Source: Chiloscyllium plagiosum (Eukaryota). Taken from it: a stretch of DNA of 64,000 nt. A program made the position numbers and the translations under genes. Below, one piece after another: positions 37,801 to 49,599 of this stretch. Position 1 is the stretch's first letter; each line of letters opens with the position of its first letter. The notes under the pieces are model-generated. The model searched no databases. It saw nothing but the letters and a program-made list of their open reading frames with translations, and had not been told where the DNA came from. The stretch covers positions 12,170,842-12,234,841 of the forward strand of contig NC_057753.1 of NCBI RefSeq assembly GCF_004010195.1. Reading direction: 5' to 3'.

Positions 37801-39197
37801 AATTGAGTCTTAAAAAGCCGAGCATTTTTCTGGAAAGCAAACCGTATTTTTTCCAATATGGCTGCTTCATTATCATCTCTTTCCCTGTTGGAAATTTCTC
37901 TCTATTCATTCACAGTTATTCCTCCATTTTATAATCCAATCTCGTGAAATGTGCCTTCATGCCGAGTGCGAGTCTTTTGAAGTCAACAGATTGAACAACT
38001 TCGACGAGGAACTTCTGGTCAAATTTACCCAGGCTTCTGGAATACGACGAGTTGAACGACACTTTTTATGGGTGATGTACATCGCTGCAGCTCAGCGACT
38101 CCAAGCAGACCCTGCTCTGTTCTTTCATGCAGCACGTCTGATGACCAACTTTAAATAATGACAATTACACTTTCTTCAGAATGAAACCCAAGACGACAAA
38201 TTGAACCTTTTCAAACTTCAATGCCATGCATAGGATTGGAAGGACATTGTGACTGTCGACTTCTCAATATTTCGTCTCACGTGTGATCTGATCGAAAGGT
38301 TTCACTTTTTCCATAACAAAAGCGTTATGCTGATTGGCAGAATGTACTAACTTCTGAGGGATGCCAAGCCCCACGTTCATCTTCTATTCTGCAGAATCAC
38401 GCTTTACTGGATCTAATGCCCAAATTCAGGAAATTTACTTTTGTGACGAGCGACCAAAATAGTACCTTGTTTTTCTCAGTTATCACCATAAGGAGAAGAG
38501 CAACCCGATTGTCTATTCACAGCTTAAATATCCAGATGTGATTCGCAGACAAAGAATGAAGAAATTTGCTGAGAGGATTAAAAATGCTCATTTCCATCCA
38601 GCCTAACAACAGAAGCCTCAAGTGACTGAGACTTTTACTGGCGGCTCTGACTCATTAGGCAGCCGCTACTCAATGCTTTTAATTGGTTAGTGTGGTTCAG
38701 ACGTGAGTTATATCCAACCTAATTCTTCATATTTTGAAACATGTCAGCGTTATCCTTCACCAGTGAATCGATAACGTGCCATTCTGGAATGGTTAACGTG
38801 AAGTTACAGGGACAGTACTCAAGAATGCACAATATGTTTGCCATTGTTCAGATTATTCCAATGTTTCATTATGAGAATCCTGTGGCAGGTTATTTTCTCA
38901 AACTGAATGCTGCAGTTCCATTTTACTGGAAGATTTTGCTGGATCAAAACTAGCTGTTGAATTTTCCATAGCAGCTCATCTCTGTCACAGCATTTTCTAA
39001 CATCATCAAATGCACAATTTTTTTTTGTTTTACGTTCACAAAACTATTCGATTATTTCAATAATGGATTTATAATAGTTAAAGATTTGTGTCCGAATGTC
39101 AAGTATCAGATATCACTGTGAGCTCGAGAATCACTTCAGATATACTCCGAATCTCACTCTTTGTTGAACACACTATCATGTACAGAGATGCTCTTAC

Positions 39198-39236
39198 AGT
39201 TTTTGTACAGGGTCAGCCCAGTTCTCATTCTCTGTG
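39198..39236 (-). other. 23-RSS of V3
   Basis: Minus strand CACAGAG + 23 bp + ACAAAAACT. Confidence 0.88.
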
Positions 39237-40048
39237 GGACGCAGTGCGCAGTAATACACTGCGGAGTCTGTTTGTTCTGTACTCAACACATTCAGCTTGA
39301 TAGTGCGGTTCACAGGATCAAAATTCCAGGAAAGCCGGCCCAGTAGAAAGCTCCCCTTTTTCTCGCTGTATTGGTCTTTCTGTAGCAGAAACTGCACGGA
39401 TCCGTTGGAAGGTTGACGGTACCAGTACAGGTCAGGATTGCTGCTTGTTGTAGTGTAATTACAGAACAACAGCACATCGTCCCCCTCATTCAGTTTGATT
39501 GCAGCCGGTGTTTGTGAGACTGAATCGCCATGACAAAGTCCTGGAAGAGCCAGGAGTTATACAAAATTAAATAAGACACGACAATATACTTAACGTCCAT
39601 AATTCGCCCATGTATATTCATCAATAAACCGATAAATAAATGAGGGAAGTCAAACTAGATTCCATTTCATATGGGGTGATCATTGCCCATTTCATCTCGC
39701 GAAACCTGTAGCGAAACATGAAAACTGTTGGTGGATATAAAACTATCCCCTCGGTAAAATCATCTAAATTGCCTTAGTCCTGCCTGGATTTACACCCTGA
39801 CTTTTCCATTGCCAATGGCTCATCTACATTCGCTAATTTCTGTCAGACTCTGCTCATTGTTGGGGCAAGTTTAGATCCAGATTTTTTTTTTAATTGGGAG
39901 AAAGTATTGTTGCTTCTATGTTGCGCAAGGTGCTTGAATAAAATTCAATTCTCAGCAAAGAGCTGAAGCACATACATAGACAGGTGTTCAACCTACCAGT
40001 TAGAAGAGCTGCAGTTGCGAGGAGTAATCCCAGAGCTCCTGGTAACAT
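39237..40048 (-). CDS. Conventional two-exon TCR alpha/delta V gene V3 (leader 39997-40048, V exon 39237-39540)
   Basis: Leader MLPGALGLLLATAALLT/GTAGG and acceptor TTCCAG. V exon GLCHGDSVSQTP...FCNYTTTSSNPDLYWYRQ...DSAVYYCALRP is an open frame. Confidence 0.9.
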
Positions 40049-42570
40049 GTTTGCAGAGAGTTCACGGTGAATGTGAACAGAACTGGCTGAAGCTAAAATG
40101 GTTCTCGTCAAGAGTTGGGTAATTCAGGTTGAGTAATTTCCGGACCTCTGCTCGTTGGACCATTGTTGGCAAAGGCATCGTGTGAAAGCCAATGAGTACC
40201 AGGCTCCTTTGTTCTTCAGATGAGCCAATCAGCTTCAAGCTCATTTGAGCCCCACTTCATATTATGATTGATGTGATAAACTAACAAAGTTCAGAATACG
40301 GGTTACTGGATCTGGAAAGTTCACTCAGTTTTCTCATCACAGTTGCTGCCAGACCTGCGCCATTCTCCGGTTGTTTGTTTTTGTCTTGGATTTCCAGCAA
40401 CTGCGGTTCTTTGTTATTTTTGTTTCACCAACTGGCGTGATTAGAATCAGGTGGATCTCATTGACTATGAGTTCTTTCATTGGGATTGTTAAATCGATGG
40501 AGCCCTGGGCAAAAGGTAAACATACGAGATTTTGAGTCGCCTCACATCAGAGACAGACTCCAAACAGACTAGCCATGGCCAGTGTCCTGTCCACATATAA
40601 ATGAAGGGTGACCTGGTGACTAAATTTCAGTCTCTGTGCAGTTATTTCAAGAGCAAAGTAAATTTGTTCATCTATAAACAATGGTAAGGACAGAGATTAA
40701 ACCAAACGTTGTCCCACATCCATTATTATTTCTGTAAGCATTTATACAAATGGGAATTCGTTCATCCTGTTCGAGTATGAGAACTGTTGGTCTTAGACAG
40801 TCCCATTAGCTGATGCGTAGGACCAGTGAGTCTGGGACATTCTGATATAATCATGAGGAAATAAATAAATAAAATTTAAAAAAATGTTACAGTACAATCG
40901 AATGATGCATTTCCTGGTATGATACGTTGCAACTGCCTTTCATTAACTTTACTTTGTGCCATCGTAAACATAACTCCTGCATGAGTATCAAATACGCTGC
41001 AGTGCATCAAACACACAGCTCACCGCCACATTGTCTCAGATTATACAAGACTAACTGATTTCTCACAGAAAACAAAAGATAATCTGTCAATTCATTTGAT
41101 TGGGAATGGTGAAAGGGCAGAGGTGCATGCTTACGCAAATTCCAAATCCTGACTAATGTCAGTGTATGATTACCAGGTTTGCAAGTGACACGAAAATAAG
41201 TAACATGGCAATTGGTAATGATTATGACTTAAAGAGTCTCTTGAAAGACAAAGTCACAGACTGTTTCAAAGAGTGTCACTATACCATACTCGGGCGAGAT
41301 CTCCAGGAAATTTTCAAAAAAGAAATAAACAATTCATGAGTGGGAGGAAAAGCAAATCGTGAATTTTCATCTGCCATTCTCAAGATGATGGCACGGTGGC
41401 TCAGTGGTAAGCACTCGTGTTTCTTAAAACCAAAGACCCACGTTCGATTTCAGCCTCAGGTGGCTGTCATAATGGGGCCTGCACGTTCTCTCTATCTCTG
41501 CATGGGTTTCCTGTGGTTTTTCTGTTTTCCTCGCACAGTCCAAAGGCGGGCAGCTTAGGTAACTTAGATGTGGGAGATGCAGGGGGATGTTGTATCTAGA
41601 TGTGATGTTCTTCAGATGCTTGGTGTGGTCTCGATGGACCGAATGGCGTGCATCCACGCTGCAGGCATTCTGTGGTTAGATTGTTTATATATTGACCTTT
41701 ATTAAATGTCGTTGTTGGCAGGCTGTAGGCACAGCTGTCTGGCCAGCATTTATTACCTGTCCGAAGTTGTTCTTGTGAAGGTGGGAGTGAGCTGCCTTAT
41801 TAAACTGCGGCAGTTCACCTGCTCTGGGTTGACCTACAATGCCATTGGGGGGACGGAATTATCCGTTTTTGAACAAGTGAATTCCGATCAATGCTCTGCC
41901 AATCAAACAGGCTGCATTGTCCTGGGTGGTGTCAAGAATCTAAAGAGTTGTTGGAGCTGCACCCATCCAGACAATTAGTGAGTATTCCATCACAACACTG
42001 AGTTGGGCTTTGTAGATGATGGACTGGCTTTCGGGAGACAGGAAGTATATGTAACTCCCCGCATTAATCCTAGTCACTGACCTGCTCTTGTTGCTCCTGC
42101 GTTTCCGTGTTGTGCCCAGTTGAGTTTTTAATCATTAAAACCCGCACGAAGTAGACAGTGTCAGTTTCGGTGAAGTTAACGTGGCGTTAAAGGACATGCC
42201 ACTATTTTACCTTCATGTTTCCTCCAACCGTGATTTGACCCGATCTTTCACATCATCCTTGTTATTTTTCTCTTTCTTCCGTTTCTTCTTCAACCGTTTC
42301 TCATCGTTCTGCCTTCTGCAAGTATTATTAAAGTATCTCTCCACTTTTCCTTTTCTCCATCACTCTTTCAGTTTTGCAAACAAGTACTTCCTTCACCTCC
42401 ATCCCCAAACCCAATTGTCCTCACTTCTGACTATCTCTAATTTAATCTGTTCCATACTTTCTGGTGTATTTTGCTCACTTTTCCATTATTTTCCATTTTT
42501 CTTGGTTGGTGTCAGAATTAGTTGCAAAGAAACTTCAAAAGTAAGCATACTGGAACTCCCATTCTGTGCT

Positions 42571-42609
42571 GGTTTTAGTACGCGCTCTCCATCTGTTTGT
42601 AACACTGTG
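42571..42609 (-). other. 23-RSS of V4
   Basis: Minus strand CACAGTG + 23 bp + ACTAAAACC. Confidence 0.92.
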
Positions 42610-42943
42610 CCTTCATTACACAGAGATAGATTGCAGTGTCATTCAGTCTGGCGTCTTTCACAGTCAGTGTACTGAGTTTGTAGTCTCCACTGATTGAAGC
42701 AGTGATCCTCTCGGGCTGATCATTTTCCGTTTTGGCCGTCACCAGATGCTGGGGTGGCTGATTCGGGACCTGTCTATACCAATGCATTGCGTTGGACATC
42801 GTGGCAATCGAGCAATTCATGGACACAATTCCCACTTCACGAACAACCATCCACGAAGGACGTTGCGTGACATCGCCTTCTCCAGTCACATCCCTGGAGG
42901 TCAGAGTGGAAAACATCAGGAGGATTCTGCAAATTCGGAACAT
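42610..42943 (-). CDS. TCR alpha/delta-type V gene segment V4, leader fused to V
   Basis: MFRICRILLMFSTLTSRDVTG-EGDVTQRP...WYRQ...DTAIYLCVMK; closest paralog of V1. Confidence 0.9.
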
Positions 42944-43206
42944 TATCAGATTGTAAGACCAGTAGTAAAAGCAATTGTCCACGGGGTTCTCTTGAGGAAC
43001 TGGAGGCAATTGTTACATTTACACAAGTAAATATCGAGAACAATGCACGCTTGACGTCTAGCGCAGACCAGCCTTGCTGTTGGAGTTGCAGAAGAAGCTG
43101 AGTCTTGGTGTTTGTTTCTATAACAAGCCTCTGACAGTGAAAGGTGCTCACGGTCTGTAAGGTCATTCCTCCTTCAGCCGACGGCGTCAATATTTATCCC
43201 AGGTTC

Positions 43207-43223
43207 ACACTGCCATCTAGTTG
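43207..43223 (-). promoter_or_regulatory. CTCF-like motif upstream of V4
   Basis: Minus strand CAACTAGATGGCAGTGT. Confidence 0.5.
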
Positions 43224-44822
43224 CATGAAAAAATAATTGCGACATCCACATCCTCGCACCAATTACACCTCAAGCGATACTGCTCAACGAAAGCAGATAC
43301 GTCCTCCTGCCCAGAAGAAATCTGCATTTCAATTTCTTTTGCAGCATCCAACGATTTCAGAACATGTTCCTCCGGCATTGTAATCAAAGCTTTATTCCTC
43401 AAGGCCATTTTTGATGAATGAAGCAGTAGAATCGAATGCTGCTTTTGCTGCATTTACTGGGCAGATATATTATAATCGCAATTATTTAACTTTACTTTGT
43501 CTTATTGTAAATGTAACTCCTATAACTATATCAGATGCACTGCAGGTTGTCAAGTAAATGGCTCATGGCCACATTGTTCTGGACAATTAGAGGAAGGTGT
43601 CAGCATTGTGAGCCACTCCCATACAGGATTGCCAAATGATTTAAAAGGGAAGAAAACACAAATTGGTAAAGTCTCCACCATCTGAAAGGGAATAGTGTAA
43701 GACCAGAGGTACATGACAACGTGGGAACCAAATCCTGATACGTTTACAGATGACACAAATATAAATGGTAAGTGTTGATGATTCAGAGTCCATAAGAAGA
43801 CCAGGTTATCACCTGCTCCAGTGAGTGTGACAAATGCGTACTCTGATGAGATCTCTTGTAATTTTGCAGCACCAAGAAATGAGTAATTTATGAGTTAGTG
43901 GAATACCAAATCATGAATTTCCAGGAAGCATCCCAAAAATGATGGCATTGTGGCTCAGTTGTTCGGACTGCTGCCAAACAGCACCAAATACCCAGGTGCT
44001 ATTTCAGCTTCAGGTGTCAGTCTGCACATTTTCCCTGCGTCTGCATCAGTTTCCTGCAGGTGTTCTGGAATCGTCCAATAATCCAAACGTGTAGCTGAAT
44101 TAGCCAGAGGAGGAGATGCAGGGATAGTTTGGGTGTGTTTTCCTTCAGAGACTCGATGGTTCCAATACCCTGCAGCCATTCTGTCGGGATTCTATGTTTA
44201 GAGTGCTAAAACTTTTTTTCAATTTGTGAGATGTGGGCGTCGCTGGCTTGCCAGTATTTATTGCCCATTCGTAGTACGTTTTAAGGATTTTGTAGCGAGC
44301 TGCCGTCTTGAAACGCTGCAGTCCACGTGCTGTCTGAATACGCATAATGCCATTGGGCAGGGATTTCCAGGATTTTCAATAAAGGACAGTGATGGAACGC
44401 TGATATATTTCCGCGGTAAGACGGTGATTGGCTTCGACGGGAACTTGAAAGTGGTAGTGTTCCCATATATCTCCTGGCCCTGGAAGTGTTTGTGGGTTGG
44501 GAAGGTACTTTCGAACGATCGTTGGTAAACCTCTGCAGTGAAACTTGCAGGTAGTGCACACTTAGTGGCACACTTAGGAGAGGGAGTGGAAGCCTGTGGA
44601 TGCTGTGCAAATCAAATGGACTGTTTTTTCTTGGTTGGTGTCAAGATTCTTGAGTATTGTTGGGGCTTCACACAGTCAGGCAGGTATAGAGTATGCCATC
44701 ACACTCCTAAATTGTACCTTGTAAATGTGGGCACTCCTTGGGCAGTCAGGAAGTACGTTACTCGCCACAATAATCCGAGCCTCTGACCTGCTCTTGCACC
44801 CATTGCGTTTATGTGGTGAGTC

Positions 44823-45032
44823 ATTAGATTAGATTAGATTATTTACAGTGTGGAAACAGGCCCTTCGGCCCAACAAGTCCACACCGACCCGCCGAAGCGC
44901 AACCCACCCATACCCCTACATTTACCCCTTTAACCTAGCACTACGGGTAATTTTAGCATGGCCAATTCACCTGACCCGCACATCTTTGTGACTGTGGGAG
45001 GAAACCGGAGTACCCGGAGGAAACCCACGCAG
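44823..45032 (-). mobile_element. HE1-like SINE, 5'-truncated
   Basis: (AGATT)n tail, then the reverse-complement SINE body; closely similar to 37570-37800. Confidence 0.78.
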
Positions 45033-45285
45033 CTGCCCACTGCAAGTATTATTAAAGTATCTCTATACTTTCTTTTCTCTCTATCATTTTTCTGATTTCC
45101 AAATATACACTTCCTTCACCCCCATCCGTATATCCAATTGTCTTCACTGCTGACCATCTTTAACTTTAGCTGCTCCACACTTTCAGATGTATTTTGTTCG
45201 CATCTCCCATATCTCGGCTTTTGGGGCACAGAATTAGTAACAAATATACTTCAAAATCAACATATTGGAGCTCCCAATCTATGCA

Positions 45286-45324
45286 GGTTTTAGTACACGC
45301 TGTCAAGCTGCTGGTGACACTGTG
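45286..45324 (-). other. 23-RSS of V5
   Basis: Minus strand CACAGTG + 23 bp + ACTAAAACC. Confidence 0.92.
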
Positions 45325-45658
45325 CCTTCATTGCACAGAGGTAGGTAGCGGTGTCATTAATTCTGGTGTCTTTGACAGTCAGGGTACTGGTTTTGTAATC
45401 TCCACTGATTGAAGCGGTGATCCTCTTAGGCTGATCATCATCACTTTTAGCCATCACCAGATACTGGGGTGGCTGATCAGGGAGCTGTCTATACCAATGC
45501 ACGTTGGTAGTTGTTCTTGCAAAAGAGCAATTCATGGACACAATGCCCATTTCACGAACAACCATCCAACGGGGGAGTTGCTTCACTTCACCTTCTCCGG
45601 TCACCTCCGTGGCCATCAGAGTGGAAAACATCAGGAGGATTCTGAAAATTTGGAACAT
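45325..45658 (-). CDS. TCR alpha/delta-type V gene segment V5, leader fused to V
   Basis: MFQIFRILLMFSTLMATEVTG-EGEVKQLP...WYRQ...DTATYLCAMK. Confidence 0.9.
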
Positions 45659-45923
45659 TATCAAATTGCAAGAACAGTGGTGAAAGAAATTGTGCACGTA
45701 TCTCTAGTGAGGAATCAGAGAGAAATTTTATTTTTATAAGAGTACATACCTGGAATAATGCATGCTTTATGTCTAACTCAGAACCGCCTTCCTGTTAAAG
45801 TTGCAGAAGAAGCTGAGTCTTGCTTTTTGTTTCTGTAATACGCCTCTCATACTCACAGTTGCTCACAATGTCTGGAAGGTCACTCCTCCTCCAGCCCTCA
45901 ATTTCAATATTGAGCACAGATTC

Positions 45924-45942
45924 GCACTGCCCTCTAGTGGCC
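45924..45942 (-). promoter_or_regulatory. CTCF motif upstream of V5
   Basis: Minus strand GGCCACTAGAGGGCAGTGC, a near-consensus CTCF core. Confidence 0.65.
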
Positions 45943-46124
45943 TCTACACGTAATTGAACAACTCACTCATTATCGTTCACTGGATACTGCTTAATGAAAA
46001 CAGGTCTGCCCTCCTTCCCGGTAGAACATGTGAACAGGTGAGATCCTGCATTTCAAATTCGTTTGCAATATCCAATGATTTCCGAATGTGTTCCTCCTGC
46101 ATTGTAACCAAAGCTTTCTTCCAC

Positions 46125-48215
46125 ACAGCGATTACTCTCAGAGAAATGTCCCCACATTCATCCTGAAATACCGGTGTGTCCTTGAAATTGTGTGAATCCT
46201 CAAACTGATTACACTATGTTTCTGGTAGGTATCATGTGCGAATCCATGATGAAAGGTAGCATCACCTTCATCTACCAGAGAAGGGGGAGCAGGAGGAAAT
46301 TAGAAACTTTTGGCCAATATCATTGCTGAATGCAGACTACAAGATCCTGTCTGAGGTCATCGCCAAAAAGGTCAGCGAGATCCACCCTGCCATACCAGGT
46401 AGAATGATTTAAGGGTGTCTCAGTCCCCTCAGGGATGCAAACGGAGGACATGGGGTTGGATAACTCGCTCACCAGCCCGGACCAGGAGAAGGCCAATGAC
46501 GGGATGGATATCGTACACCGACATGCAAGACGTGCTCTCCAAAAATTGATTTCAGGAGGGAATCTGCAAACGGATCTGACTGCTCTGCACCAACATTGTC
46601 AGTTACGTCTCAGACAATGGGTGGGAATCAGAAAGCCTCCTGATCAGATCCACTGTCAGGCAGGGCTGTCCCCACTCTCTGGTCTTGCTCGTGTGTTGTA
46701 TACAGCCCTTTGCTGAGTACCCCAGGAAGAATGTGAGCCTGAGAGGGGTGACTATTGCAGGCAGCGGAGGCCAGCAGGTCAAAGCCTCCCTGTACACGGA
46801 TGGTGTTTCGTTTCAACTCTCTCTGGAGCCAAGGTAAATCGAGGCAAGAATGGAGGCCATGTTCTTTGGGAATTGGGCCGCCTGATCTTTCGTTCCCTTC
46901 AGCGTCAGGACAGATAACCGGAAAGTGCTCAGAGTATGCACAAAATGTTGAGGGGAGCGCAGCACCAAAATTAAGCAGGAACTGGTCTTTTGGGAACACT
47001 GCGCCCTCGATATTGTGGGTAAAAACCTGGCCATCAGGCCTGAGGTATCCTCTCTGTTGTTGGACATGGTGCATGTCTGGCCCATTCCCTGAACCTGCTC
47101 CGTTTCAGACAACCCAGCCATTTTCCACTTCATCTGCAAGCCTAAGATAGATCGGGTCTGGAGGGACCCCACGTACAAAACTCTGGATAAGGGGTGTAGA
47201 TACTTACCCAACGTTGCCCTCATCCTGGGAGCCACTTTTGTGTGTGACTGCATCAAGCAGTGCGTCGATCCTCGGTACGTCGACACCAAGTGTCAATATG
47301 CACTGAGGTTCTGCCTGTCCCCAGTGTTGTGAATGATGTGCCTGGCCTCATAACTGCAGAATTCTCCAAGTCGACGGACCATCCTGTATCATCTGCCCTA
47401 CATCAAGAAATTTTCAAAGCGAAACACCTTTGACAACCAGACTATCAGGAAGTGGTCAGCACAAAGCATCCTCGAGACACTGACAGAAAGGTGGATCCTG
47501 TCCGGTGGCTCCCTGAGCAGATGCTCACAGTAATTTCGCAAAATACCTCCTCACCAGAACTTCCTCACAATTACCAAGATATCGCTGGTCTGGTGGCGAG
47601 AAGGGCCCGAACTCAGATCCTCCATTCACACCCAGTCAGCCCTGCACCAGCGCACACTGCCTTTGAAGCGAATGTGAGGGATCAGACTGTCAGACAATTC
47701 CTTCTGGAATGTGCCTTTGCAAAGTGAGTCTGGAGGAGGTGCAATTATTTGTGTCAAGGGTCGACTCGAGCAGCTCTGTGACACAGGGACGCACACCGAA
47801 AGACCGTCAGGTCGGTGAAAGATGCTCGTTGATCTGCCCGAAATTTGTTGATGTTCCTGAACAAGGATTTGGCCCCCATTGAGTATTGCAGACTGGCACA
47901 TCCCAAAGGTCACTTACATGGTCAGGGACGCACTAAAGCTTGGGGCAACTGCCGCAATGGGGAAAGAACACTGTCTGAGGTCTTTCTGCTGTAGGTAAAT
48001 GGGTGTCTATTCTGTTATTGGATCCTGCTCGTGCCTAAAGTATTAGTATATATTAGTATTGGATGAGTAAGACAAGTGTTGGTTTTCTGGATAGATTCTA
48101 AGTTTAATTTCTTTCGTTTTGGTTATTTGATGTGAAACTGTATAGAACTGAACTGCTTTTGTGACAATGCATACAGATAGATTTTTAATGAATAAATTAC
48201 ATTTTTGAAATGAAA
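46125..48215 (+). mobile_element. Tx1/L1-clade non-LTR retrotransposon, degenerate ORF2 3' part
   Basis: KGSITFIY...PISLLNADYKIL, VRQGCPHS, SLYTDG (YxDD remnant), C-terminal QTVRQFLLEC; AATAAA and A-rich end near 48190-48215. Confidence 0.7.
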
Positions 48216-49144
48216 AAAATATTTATTTCTGTTAGGCGTAACATTCCCACAGGAAGATCGACGTTGATAGCTCATTACAGTGAATCACTTTGTTGGGATC
48301 TGTCAGAAATCACTCTCCTCCACCTCTCTCACACACACACACACGCACACTTCATTCATCTCCATCTTCTACTGGGTGCAATGAATTCTTTATGCTGGTG
48401 TCTATAAGAAAGTGAAATGTGACGAATTTGGAGTAGAGTTGGAGTCATGGTTAGTGTGGAAACTGGAAGGGTGTAGGGTAAGAGTGTCAGAATAAGGGTA
48501 TTTTGCCCATCGAATCTGTTCTGCCATTTGATCATGGCTAATATGTTTCTCAAATCCATTCTTCTGCCTTCTCCCTGCAAGCCTGGATTCCCTTATTAAC
48601 CAAGAATCTATCTATATCTCTCTTAAATACATTCAATGAGTTGGTCTCCACTACTTCTGCAGCAATGAATTCGACAGATTCTCAACCCTCTGGTTGAAGA
48701 AATTCCTTCTCATTTCAGGTCTAACGGGTCACTCTATTCAGTTTCTCAGTATTCTGCAAGTTTCAATCAGATTTCCCCATCCTTCCAAACTTCATCAAGA
48801 ACAGACTCAGAGACTTCAACCACCTCTAACATGACAAGCTATTCATCCTGGGATCTTTATTGGAAACTTTCTCTGAATCACCTCCAAGACCAGCACACCC
48901 TTCCTTAGAAGTCAGGTACAAAAATGCTCACAACATTTAAAATGTTGTCTGACCAGAGCCTACACAGCCTCAGTCATGCATCCCTACTCTTGCATTCTGA
49001 TGCTCTCAAAATGAATGCTGATATTTCATTTGCCTTCGGAACTGCCAACTCATAGAGTCATTCAGTACTGAAACAGTCACTTCAGCTGTGCTGAACAGAC
49101 ATCCCAATCTGACCTAGTCTCACTTATGTGCTTCTAAGCTTAAT

Positions 49145-49312
49145 ATTTATGCTTGTGTGTGTGTGCACGCATCTCTGTGCGTTTTATATTCATGTGCTTG
49201 TGTGTGTGAATCTTTGTGTTTCTATCCGTGTGTTTCTGTCTATCTGTGCGTGTGCCTGCATGAGCATGTGTTTCTATGTGTGTCTGTCATTGTGCGTTTC
49301 TGTCTGTATACT
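49145..49312. repeat. Degenerate (GT)n-rich simple repeat
   Basis: Direct reading. Confidence 0.8.
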
Positions 49313-49599
49313 CATTTCTGCACTCAATGTGGGAAACGTAGATGGAGGTTGCTCTCTTCTGCCTGAAATGACATAATGTCACCACCTGCTGGCGGATCGA
49401 CGCTACTGCACGAGCGATAAATTTTTAATAAGGCATTTTTGTGAGGGATCCTCTTGGGAATTTTCTTGTTGGTTACATTCTGATTTACGGGGAATGGAGT
49501 TAACTCTAAGGTCCATGGATTAAAAATAAGGAGGCATAATGTAAAACAGAGATTAGTGGAAGCCATTCTGAGGCAGCTGAATTAATGGCATCATTTTTG

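Larger units (their letters stand above)
29420..38965 (+). repeat. Segmental duplication block B
   Basis: Colinear with 17850-27697. Confidence 0.9.

Noticed and set aside
42895-42925. Polypyrimidine + CAG in V4 as a possible leader-intron acceptor
   Set aside because: It gives phase 2 rather than phase 1, and the AG is absent in V1 and V5.
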